A DNA stretch of 64,000 nucleotides, from the NCBI GenBank assembly GCA_964016885.1, contig OZ024752.1, forward strand, positions 7,254,001 through 7,318,000, read 5' to 3'. Made by a program: the position numbers and the translations under genes. Shown here one piece after another: positions 42,980-55,372 of this stretch. Under the pieces are notes generated by a model. The model saw nothing but the letters and a program-made list of their open reading frames with translations. It had not been told where the DNA came from and did no database searches. The first letter of the stretch is position 1, and each line of letters opens with the position of its first letter. Origin of the DNA: Eledone cirrhosa (lineage: Eukaryota).

Positions 42980-44647
42980 GTTTAGACAGAACTTTCTCTC
43001 GTGAATTCAAAAGGTTGCGTCTAATATCAGGGTTACATTTACTGCAGCACACAAATGAAAATATGTATTCACAACAAAATCAATGTAATTAAATACAAAG
43101 TTTAATTTCTTCTTAATGAACATATTTTACAACAAAATTAAATTATCTAAACCAGTGGACATGGTCAACAATGTTTTCTAGAACTGACCATTATACACTA
43201 AATCTGTTGTGGATGGCTTTAAATCAACCTAAGAAACAATGAATCTAAAAACTTCCTCGCATATTTTTGTTCTGGTTGTAAAAATAATGTATGGTCCCGT
43301 AACTCCTGATGGAGTGGCATACAGTGTTTCTAGGGCATTTTAAAACCTGGCTGATCCTGTCATCTTCAGGCCTGAATACAGCAGATTTCTTCCAGAGAAG
43401 GATAGAAGGTGAGAGAGGAAATAAGAAAGAACTAGAGAGGAAGAATCTACCCCAGTATTAGACTGGTACTTTTTTATTGACCTCGAAAGGATGAAAGGCA
43501 AAGTTGACCTCAGCGGGATTCGAACTCAGGGAGTAGAGTGCCAGAACAAATACTATAAAGCATTCTATCTGATGTTCTAACGACGCTACCAATTCACCGC
43601 CAGTGAAAAGAATAACTGAAGACAAAAGAAATGACTTCTTATTTCAAAAAATTGTGTAGATGTCATCGTGTTAGAGGTTGTATTGAGTGAGGGGTGTTAA
43701 GTAACGGACAGAGTCATGTAAACCAGGGTCTGAACAAACATACATTAGTTCACTCCAACACAAAAGTAAGACATTGAGAAATAAGTGTGTATGATCTGTA
43801 AAGAATAAAACAAGAAAATATTACAAGTTTAAGGTTAGAATGAGCAGCCATTTACAATGCCAAGATGGCATCTAAAAAAAGACATATCTTTATTATAGTC
43901 TGTTTTGCTGAAGCTGTTTACATTTATCTAAAAACCTTCCATCATAATTTTATGTAAGAACCTTTGTTAAGTTATGTTCCAAACATCAGCTTAACAAGAA
44001 AGTCAGTTATATCGTTAAATCCTTCCAAATTCTTGATTATTTTTTTAATGATTTGAAAATCACAGGCAGTGTCTTTCATAAGAAATACAGTAACAAAAGG
44101 GGTCAGGGTTTATATTTATCTAATAACCTTCCCTCATAATTTTATTTAAAAACCTTTGTTAAGTTATGTTCCAAACAAGATTATTAACAAGAAAGTTACA
44201 TATATTACTAAATGACTCCAAATTCTTGATTACTTTTCAAAATGATTTGAAAATCACAGGCAGTGTCTTTCATTAAAAATATGGTAATGAACAGTTTAGT
44301 CTAAGATGTTTGGAAAATTTCAGTTGGTAATTCATGAAATGGCATTATTTTCCATACCTTGGAACATTTTTCGAAACAACCAATATATATATATATATAT
44401 ATCAGACCTCACAACTCTCCCTGTCTAGTGGGGAGATTTGCAATAGCGTTTGGGGTGAGTGAGAGATGCTTCTCTTGTGAAAATGGTGTATAGCCTTCAT
44501 TATGTAAAAATCTTCCCATTTTGCCTCATTTCTTCCCATTTTGGGGCATTTTTTTTTCATAGTATTCCCCGTTTGGATTTTTAGAGGTTGGCAGGTCTGT
44601 ATATATATATATATATATATATTTATTATACTATATTATATATATAT

Positions 44648-44689
<42 letters not shown>

Positions 44690-44822
44690 ATACAGATAGA
44701 CAGATAAATGGATGTATCTATAATCTTACAACATGGCCACAATGTTTCAGTATTGCATATGTTCTCTGATGAAGCTTAGTGAACAAGTGCTTTGGTGAAG
44801 ACTTCAGCCAGTATCCCACCTC

Positions 44823-45076
44823 TTAACCTTTTTGATACCAACTTGCCTGAAACCAGCCCTGTGTTTATCATTCAAAACTGTCCATTTTAAACTGCTTCTT
44901 CTTATATTAAAACTCCCCATTATAATTCTCTTTAAGACATTTTTGTTAAGTAATATTCTAGACATTTGTTTAATTAATTTTTTCATTTTATTAAATTCTC
45001 AAAATTTTTGACTTTCAAGATTAATTGAAAATATAGGCAGTGTATTTCATTAGAAATCTGGTACCAAAAGAGTTAA
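44823..45076. mobile_element. TTAA-flanked MITE (another family)
   Basis: TTAA-CCTTTTTGATACCA...TGGTACCAAAAGAG-TTAA; related right-end sequence is tandemly duplicated at 43917-44295. Confidence 0.6.
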
Positions 45077-46008
45077 TGCTATGAAGAGTTCAAGACTAAG
45101 AATTATGGAACTTATTATTATTATTAGCTAACACCATCTTCCTTTCAACCACCATATCCTTACAATAGACTCAAATAGAAAAGTATCTTAACAATCTTGG
45201 CTATATCACATTATTATTATAATTATTATTACTACTCCTGATGTGGCATAGAAGATCCTCCTAAGTTTCAGAGACGATTTCTAAACCAAGCCACACACAC
45301 ACACACTCACACTCCCACATACACACACACACACATTTATTCATAGTCTTCCAACATGGTCGCATTGCAGTATTTCAGCATAGAGATCCGTCTTCTACTG
45401 AAGCGTACTGAAGACACGCTTTGCTGAAACACCATGTCCATGTTGTAAGAATATGACTAAACTTATATTCACAAGTTCATAACACTGAGTTGATTCTCAT
45501 CTGCAGTCTATTATGATCACTAAATCATAATCCTATATATATATATATATATATATATAATGTATATATATATATATATATAATGTATATTTCCCCTGCT
45601 AACAAGGATTAGACAAGTCAATATTCAAGCAAAGCTACAGAGTGCTCAGATGGGCTAGGGGCCTGCATCTCATATATATATGCTTATATACATAAATACA
45701 TATCTACATATGTTAGTGTATATATTATAAAGAGAGGGGGTGGGGGTGAAACTTCTTGTCAACATATACATACATAATAATACCTGTGTATATAGTAACA
45801 GTGTATAGTATTATGTACAGGATGTTTATATATTTATATATACATAACAAAATCTATGAACTGTCTAACGGTATGTACAAAGAAAATAGAGTAGGTGCTA
45901 CTGCTGCTGTATATATATATATATATACACACATATATATATAAATGTATATATACATTTATATAATATAGATCAAAAGACCAAAATCCAGAGAAATCTC
46001 GATAAAAG

Positions 46009-46060
<52 letters not shown>

Positions 46061-46139
46061 ATATATGTATAAATAAATACACATAAATATGTGTGTATAT
46101 ATACATAATTGTATAAATACAATCACATATATATATATG

Positions 46140-46177
<38 letters not shown>

Positions 46178-46393
46178 AAATAAATACACAAATATGTGTG
46201 TATGTATATATAATTGTATAAATACAATCATCATCATCATTTCATTTTATATATGTATGCTATATATATATATATATATATTATATATTATTATACACAC
46301 CGATATATATGTGTCTCTGGTCTGTGTTGTAATATTCTGATATTTGTAAGAATGGAGGAAAGAAATGTGTTACTATAATTATTAGTATTGAGT

Positions 46394-46549
46394 TCATTGT
46401 GCCAATATTGCACTAGGACAGGTATTCAGGTGAGATGAGGGGTCGTTGATAGGTAAGCTGGCATCACCGCTCAGATCTGTTGTTGGAGATGGAACTAATG
46501 GTGAAGTTTTTGATAACCGTACAACTTCTTGTGACAAAGTCTCCAGATC
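46394..46549 (-). CDS. GRIPAP1: GRIPAP1 last coding exon ([14 protein letters not shown]...SAILAQ*)
   Basis: ttttccag|GAT...TGA; 156 nt including the stop codon. Confidence 0.92.
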   Translation of the reverse strand, partial: DLETLSQEVVRLSKTSPLVPSPTTDLSGDASLPINDPSSHLNTCPSAILAQ

Positions 46550-49500
46550 CTGGAAAATAACAATAACAACAAATAAAAATAGCAATAACAAATAAAGGGA
46601 TAAGTTGTAGGATGCGGGAGAGAAGACTGCGATGGTATGGACATGTGATGTGCATGGAGGATGACGTCTGGGTTAAGAAGTGCCAAGAAATCCCGGTGGA
46701 AGGAAGACGTGCTAGAGGAAGACCACGAAAACATGGGCGGAGGTGGTGGTGAAAGTGAAACTGTGTCTGAGAGGGATGAACTGTAGTGTGTGGGAGAGAA
46801 GACTGCAATGGTATGGACATGTGATGTGCATGGAGGATGACCACTGGGTTAAGTGCCAAAAAATCCCGGTGGAAGGAAGACGTGGTAGAGGAAGACTACG
46901 AAAAACATGGGCGGAGGTGGTGAGAGCTGACCTCAGATTGCTGAAACTCAAGGAGGAGATGACAAAGGACCGTGACAAGTGGAGAGATGCTGTGCTGTAT
47001 AAGACCCGTCCCACCCTTGCAAGCAGGGAAAAGTGGACGTAAAATGATGATGATGAAAAATGGTTTCTTATATAGGCACAAGGCCAGCAATTTTGGGGGA
47101 GGGAAAATCGATTAAATCAACCCCAGTGTATTACTGGTACTTTATTTTATTGACCCCGTAAGGATGAAAGGCAAAGTTAACGTTGGCCAGATTTGAACTC
47201 AGAACATAAAGGGCCTAATGCTATACCGTAAAGCATGTTGGTCGACGCTCTACCAATTCTGACAACAATAACGGTTTCTAATTTAGACACAAGGCCAATG
47301 ATTGAGGGGGGGGGATTAAATTGACCCAAGTACATTACTGGTACTTTATTTTATTGACCCTGTAAGGATGAAAGGCAAAGTTAACCTCGGCGAGTTTTAA
47401 ACTCAGAAAGTAAAGGGCCGTAACTCTACCTAATATTGATGATGAGATGATGATGATTACATTGATGATTATGACAATAATGATGATGGTGAATGACTTA
47501 TAAGCCCTGGGTTTGATCTAATCTTCTAAATAGGTAAAGATGGTGCCCCAGCATGGACTCAGTCTATACACCTGTAACACAGTACAATACACCTGAAGCT
47601 AATTATCTCACCTTTTGGAGGTGCCCCAGTATGGCCCAAGTCTATACACCTGTAACACAGTACAATACACCTGAAGCTAATTATCTCACCTTTTGGAGGT
47701 GCCCCAGTATGGCCCCAGTCTATACAGCTGTAACAGTACAATACACCTGAAGCTAATTATCTCACCTTTTGGAGGTGCCCCAGTATGGCCCAAGTCTATA
47801 CACCTGTAACACAGTACAATACACCTGAAGCTAATTATCTCACCTTTTGGAGGTGCCCCAGTATGGCCCAAGTCTATACACCTGTAACACAGTACAATAC
47901 ACCTGAAGCTAATTATCTCACCTTTTGGAGGTGCCCCAGTATGGCCCAAGTCTATACACCTGTAACACAGTACAATACACCTGAAGCTAATTATCTCACC
48001 TTTTGGAGGTGCCCCAGTATGGCCCAAGTCTATACACCTGTAACACAGTACAATACACCTGAAGCTAATTATCTCACCTTTTGGAGGTGCCCCAGTATGG
48101 CCCAAGTCTATACACCTGTAACACAGTACAATACACCTGAAGCTAATTATCTCACCTTTTGGAGGTGCCCCAGTATGGCCCAAGTCTATACACCTGTAAC
48201 ACAGTACAATACACCTGAAGCTAATTATCTCACCTTTTGGAGGTGCCCCAGTATGGCCCAAGTCTATACACCTGTAACACAGTACAATACACCTGAAGCT
48301 AATTATCTCACCTTTTGGAGGTGCCCCAGTATGGCCCAAGTCTATACACCTGTAACACAGTACAATACACCTGAAGCTAATTATCTCACCTTTTGGAGGT
48401 GCCCCAGTATGGCCCAAGTCTATACACCTGTAACACAGTACAATACACCTGAAGCTAATTATCTCACCTTTTGGAGGTGCCCCAGTATGGCCCAAGTCTA
48501 TACACCTGTAACACAGTACAATACACCTGAAGCTAATTATCTCACCTTTTGGAGGTGCCCCAGTATGGCCCAAGTCTATACACCTGTAACACAGTACAAT
48601 ACACCTGAAGCTAATTATCTCACCTTTTGGAGGTGCCCCAGTATGGCCCAAGTCTATACACCTGTAACACAGTACAATACACCTGAAGCTAATTATCTCA
48701 CCTTTTGGAGGTGCCCCAGTATGGCCCAAGTCTATACACCTGTAACACAGTACAATACACCTGAAGCTAATTATCTCACCTTTTGGAGGTGCATGTTCTT
48801 GGTAAGGGTTTCCTCCAGCATCCTCTGTAATTTACGGTTCATCTCCTTCATGTTCACGTCACCACGGTTCACCAATTCCAGAACTTTCTTCAGTGAAGAT
48901 TTCTCTTCGTTTGACTTATTGTGGCTCGTTAAACAATCTGTTGTGGAATAGAGGTACATAGTAGTATAGGTGGTGGTAGTGTTGGTGGTGGTGGTGGTGG
49001 TGGTGGCGGTGGTAGTGGTGGCGGTGGTAGTGGTGGTAGTGTTGTTGGTGGTGGTGGTGGTGTAGTGGAATAGAAGTACATAGTAGTATAGGTGGTGGTG
49101 GAACAGAGGTACATAGTAGTATAGGTGGTGGTAGTGTTGGTGGTGGTGGTGGTGGTGGTAGTGTTGGTGGTGGTGGTAGTGTCGGTGGTGGTGGTGGTGG
49201 TGGTAGTGTAGTGGAATAGAGATGCATAGTAGTATAGGTGGTGGTGGTGGTGGTGGTGGCAGTGTTGGTGGTAGTGTTGGTGGTAGTGGTGGTGGTAGTG
49301 GTGGTAGTGTTGGTGGTGTTGGTGGTGGTGGTGGTAGTGTAGTGGAATAGAGGTACATAGTAGTATAGGTGGTGGTGATGGTAGTGGTGGTGGTAGTGTT
49401 GGTAGTGGTGGTGGTAGTGTTGGTGGTGGTGGTGGTAGTGTTGGTCGTAGTGGTGGTAGTGGTGGTGGTAGTGGTAGCAGTGGTGGTAGTGGTGGTGGTG

Positions 49501-52500
49501 GTGTAGTGGAATAGAGGTACATAGTAGTATAGGTGGTGGTGGTAGTGGTGGTAGTGTTGGTGGTGGTGGTGGTAGTGTTGGTGGTAGTGGTGGTGGTGGT
49601 AGTGGTGGTAGTGTTGGTGGTGGCGGTGGTAGTGTTGTTGGTGGTGGTGGTGGTGTAGTGGAATAGAAGTACATAGTAGTATAGGTGGTGGTGGAACAGA
49701 GGTACATAGTAGTATAGGTGGTGGTGGTGGTGTAGTGGAATAGAGGTACATAGTAGTATAGGTGGTGCGGGGGGGGGGGGTAGTGGAATAGAGGTACATA
49801 GTAATGGTGGTGGTGTAGTGGAATATAGGTACATAGTAGTATAGGTGGTGGTGGTGGTGGTGTAGTGGAATAGAGGTAGATAGTAGTATAGGTGGTGGTG
49901 GTGGTGGTGGTGTGGTAGTGGTGGTGGTGTGGTAGTGGTAGTGTTGGTGGTGGTAGTGTAGTGGAATAGAAGTACATAGTAGTATAGGTGGTAGTAGTGG
50001 TGGTGGTGGTAGTAGTATCTGTCACACAACAGTTACAGAGATAGCTGTCAAAACTTATGCATGTTTATTACATATAAACATTGTATATGACTCCATTGTG
50101 TGTGAATGTGTGTGGTGTGTGTGTGTATGTATGTATGTGTGGTGTGTCTGTACACATGCGTTTGTGTTTATTATTTATTTAAGACTTGACTTAGCAGCTG
50201 ATAAAATAAATTCTAGCCTTGGTGGGGTCAATAAGATCAAATGAATCCCTTCAGGATAGTGCCCCAGCATGGCCACAGTCATGTGAGAGAATTAAAAAAG
50301 AATATTTGCTCACCTGTTCGGCCATCCATCACATAATACTCAATAATAGCAGATTTTTGTAAAAGATCGTCACACATGGCAGCATTGCTCTCCTCAAGAT
50401 GTTGAACCTACAAAGGTAAAAATAAATTTTGGAGTTGAACATGTCTGGCAGATGACTTGATCTGAGATCATGTGTTGAAACTATAGTAATTACATCATGG
50501 AAGAGTCATTTGAGCCACAGTTGTACATGTCTGGCAGATGACTTGATCTGAGATCATGTGTTGAAACTATAGTAATTACATCATGGAAGAGTCATTTGAG
50601 CCACAGTTGTACATGTCTGGCAGATGACTTGATCTGAGATCATGTGTTGAAACTAAGATAATTACATCATAGAAGGGACAGTGTCCAAACATTTGACTGA
50701 CCTTTTCTTCCAATGTCCACTTCTGTTGTTGGGAGGTAGCAAGACGGTTGACCAACTCATTATGTTCGGACTCAAAATCACTTGGTGGACTTCCAGCTCT
50801 GTTGGGAGACTGAAACACAGAAACATTAACATGTCTTAACTGATAACACTGTCACATATATAACAGTAACATGTCTTAACTGATAACACTGTCACACATA
50901 ACATTATCATGTCTTAACTGATAACACTGTCACATATAACATTATCATGTCTTAACTGATAACACTGTCACACATATAACATTAACATGTCTTAACTGAT
51001 AACACTGTCACATATAACATTAACATGTCTTAACTGATAACACTGTCACACATAACAGTAACATGTCTTAACTGATAACACTGTCACATATATAACAGTA
51101 ACATCTCTTAACTGATAACACTGTCACACATATAATATTAACATGTCTTAACTGATAACACTGTCACACATATAACATTAACATGTCTTAACTGATAACA
51201 CTGTCACATATAACAGTAACATGTCTTAACTGATAACACTGTCACACATATAACAGTAACATGTCTTAACTGATAACACCGTCACACAGTAACATTATCA
51301 TGTCTTAACTGTTAACATTGATAATAATGTCACGCATAGCAACATTATGTTCTCAACACCACTAACACCAACAACATCACCAACACACCAACAACACCAA
51401 CAACATCACCAACACACCATCAATGAAAACTATTGCCACTACGAACCTGTGGAGAATCTTTGTTTCCAGTGCCACTGGCTCCAGCACTCCAAGAGGACAC
51501 AGAACTACTCTCTGCTTTATCTCCAATATCTGTTGGTTTAAATAAATCATCAACACCTGCAATAGAAGATTATATTATTTCAAGATAAAGAGAAATGATA
51601 TAGGGAACTTGTAGGATTCAGGAGTACAGGTTTGTCTGGAGCCCAGAGGGTCATCTGGCCTGAGCTTATCCAGGTTTCCATGGTATGAAGTGACAGAGTA
51701 CAAGACTCCCCACTGGACAGGATGCCAGTCCACCACAGGGTTAAACTCTTCAGTGCTGTAGACGAGATAACTTGTCCTAACATGTTTTAACTTGTTTCCA
51801 ATAGTTCACAACTTCAAAGTTATGAACTCGTTTCCAACAGTTCATAACTTCACAACTAGATGGCGTTACTAGTTTATTGATGTGATGTTTGTCAATCATT
51901 CAGATATGTGTTGTTAATAAATGTTTGTTTAAAAAAATAGTCACATTACTGAAAGAAAAAAAAAACCAGCACAGCAACTGTAGCTGTGTAAAATATACAT
52001 GGCAGTCAACACAGCAACTGTAGCTGTGTAAAATATACACGGCAGTCAACACTGCAACTGTAGCTGTGTAAAATATACATGGCAGTCAACATAGCAACTG
52101 TAGCTGTGTAAAATATACACGTCAGTCAACACAGCAACTGTAGCTGTGTAAAATATGCACAGCTACAGCAACTGTAGCTGTGTAAAATATGCACAGCAGT
52201 CAACACAGCAACTGCAGCTGTGTAAAATATGCACAGCAGTCAACACAGCAACTGTAGCTGTGTAAAATATGCACAGCAGTCAACACAGCAACTGTAGCTG
52301 TGTAAAATATGCACAGCAGTCAACACAGCAACTGTAGCTGTGTAAAATATGCACAGCAGTCAACACAGCAACTGTAGCTGTGTAAAATATGCACAGCAGT
52401 CAACACAGCAACTGTAGCTGTGTAAAATATACATGGCAGTCAACACAGCAACTGTAGCTGTGTAAAATATACATGGCAGTCAACACAGCAACTGCAGCTG

Positions 52501-55341
52501 TGTAAAATATGCACAGCAGTCAACACAGCAACTGTAGATGTGTAAAATATACATAGCAGTCAACAGATTAAATCACCAGATATTACTGGTACTCATTTTC
52601 AGCTGAAATAGAGTGTTTTGCTCAAGAACACAACACACAACCCAGTCCAGGGATTGAACCCCATCGTGTTCGTATGTCCAACACCCTTACCACGAGGCCA
52701 TCCACCTCCACTTTAAATTTTACAGTCTTTTTAAATAACAAAGATTGCAAATACCTGTTGCTAACAATTGTTTACAAATGGTATTTGATATATCAACAAT
52801 GTTTTCTAAGCATTGTGTTCTTTGACATTGTTTAATGACATGACAAGTTTAACATTCTAGTGAAATATGTGGGAGGAAGATTTTGATGGATGACATGATA
52901 CATACTACTGAGAAACCTTTAGGTGACTCTGATCATGCTATGATACATTTACATAGACATGTTGGTCAGCTACAGGATAAAAACATGTAGTCATCATCAT
53001 CATCATCATCGTTTAACGTCTATCTTCCACGCTAGCATGGTTTAGACGGGAATTGTCCCACTTGAGGCAAGATTGGTCGGATGACCTTGTCTCGCTCGTA
53101 TAGGACTGTCTGGCAGGTTTTCTATAGCTGGATGCCCTTCCTAACACCAATCACATTTACAGTGTGGACTGGGAACTTTTTACTGTGTTACCTACACGGC
53201 CACATTACAGCGTGAACTGTGTTTTTTTGTCATGACACCTACATAACCTCATTAGTTTGGACTGGATGTTGTGGTACCAACATAACTTTACAGAAAGGGG
53301 TGGTGTTGGTGGGACTGGGAGGATAGAGTAGGGGTAGTGGGTTGGGTTAAGAGGTGCCTACTGACTGTAGGTTTCGCTTTGCACATAGGCAAGGCGTAGT
53401 ACATGCTGTAAAATAGTTGTAAAGGGCTTCCCGCCATCGACAGCTTACCAAACAAGGGTTTAGAAGGACCCTTCAGTTTGTGTCAAAAGACATAACTTCC
53501 CCTCTGCACATAATAGAATGTATGACCATACATAAGCGAGATGTGGAGCTATGTAGACTTGTCCAACTCTTGCTAACAACGAATGTATTCTAAGGTGATA
53601 TTATACACAAAGATGTATTCTATTCTCCTTTTACCTTTAGTTTCAGAAAGGGGGGGTCACATTATACATAAATGCAGTAGGTTTAAGGTCACATTATACA
53701 CAAATACAGTAGGTTTAAGGCCACATTATACACAAATGCAGTAGGTTTAAGGGCTAAATTCAAGTTGAACCAGTCACAAGAGGGTCATGGAATGGATTTC
53801 TGTTAGTTACAGCAATATTCCATGTCTGTTAAACAGAAGAGCTTTTCCCATGAAATTTAACATACGAGTGGCTGAGTATTCCACAGATATGTGTGTAATT
53901 AATATAATTCAGATTCAAGGTGTCAGTGTGTGACAAGGGTGGTTTTTCAATTACAGATAGTCTTTATTGTATTATAGTGTCAGACCTGTTAGAAATAGCA
54001 ACTAAATTCTTCTCAACCAGTTACTTTCCTCCTTCCTCAACACATGACCAAACCATCTCATTGTCATCACCCAGTTACTTTCATCCTTCCTCAACACATG
54101 ACCAAACCATCTCATTGTCATCACCCAGTTACTTTCATCCTTCCTCAACACATGACCAAACCATCTCATTGTCATCACCCAGTTACTTTCCTCCTTCCTC
54201 AACACATGACCGAACCATCCAATTGTCATCACTCAGTCACTTTCATCCTTCCTCACCACATGACCCAACCATCTCATTAATACCAATTAACCAATAATTA
54301 CCATAATGAGGTTATCTTACCTTGTCTATTTTTAGGGTCCGTCAATAATTCCTGCAAGCGCTCCTGGAGTTTCTCAGCTCTCTTCCTCTCAGTATGGAGT
54401 TGTCGTTTCAAATCTTTCAACTGAAACCAGAGATTATATTGCGTCTTTATAATGAGAGATTGTCAGGGTCACCGCTCATGGAGGAGAGCTCACCACTGCT
54501 GGAGGAGAGCTCACCACTGCTGGAGGAGAGCTCACCACTGCTGGAGGAGAGCTCACCACTCGTGGGGGAGAGCTCAGCACTCGTGGGGGGAGGAGCTCAG
54601 CACTCGTGGGGGGGGGGGGGGGGGGGGGGCTCACCACTCGTGAGGGAGAGCTCACCACTCGTGGGGGAGAGCTCACCACTCGTGGGGGAGAGCTCACCAC
54701 TCGTGGGGGAGAGCTCACCACTCGTGGGGGAGAGCTCACCACTCGTGGAGGAGCGCTCACCACTCATGAAGGAGCGCTCACCACTCATGAAGGAGAGCTC
54801 ACCACTCATGGGGGAGAGCTCACCACTCATGGGGGAGAGCTCACCACTCATGGGGGAGAGCTCATCACTCATGGGGGAGAGCTCACCACTCATGGGGGAG
54901 AGCTCACCACTCATGGGGGAGAGCTCACCACTCATGGGGGAGAGCTCACCACTCATGGGGGGGAGCTCACCACTCATGGGGGAGAGCTCAACGCTCATGG
55001 GGGAGAGCTCAACGCTCATGGAGGAGAGCTCAACGCTCATGGAGGAGAGCTCACCACTCATGGAGGAGAGCTCACCACTCATGGAGGAGAGCTCACCACT
55101 CATGGAGGAGAGCTCACCACTCATGGAGGAGAGCTCACCACTCATGGAGGAGAGCTCACCACTCATGGAGGAGAGCTCACCACTCATGGGGAAGATGTTA
55201 GACAGAGAGAGATAAATACAAAATAAAGAGAGATAATTGTTTCTACTGTAGGCACAAGGCCAGCAATTTTAGGGGAGGGGAAAGTCGATTAAATCAACCC
55301 ATGTATTACTGGTATTTTATTTTATCGACCCCCGTAAGGAT

Positions 55342-55372
<31 letters not shown>

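Noticed and set aside
47686-48951. 388-aa and 347-aa ORFs
   Set aside because: 78-bp array; the only real coding part is the GRIPAP1 exon on the minus strand in a different frame.
48940-50018. CRISPR-like pattern (constant ~30-bp motif with variable spacers)
   Set aside because: The spacers are only GGT/AGT microsatellite runs of unequal length, the context is a eukaryotic intron, and there are no cas genes. The other arrays have no spacers at all.
54394-55226. EESSPLM-repeat ORFs
   Set aside because: 21-bp intronic minisatellite, open in several frames on both strands.
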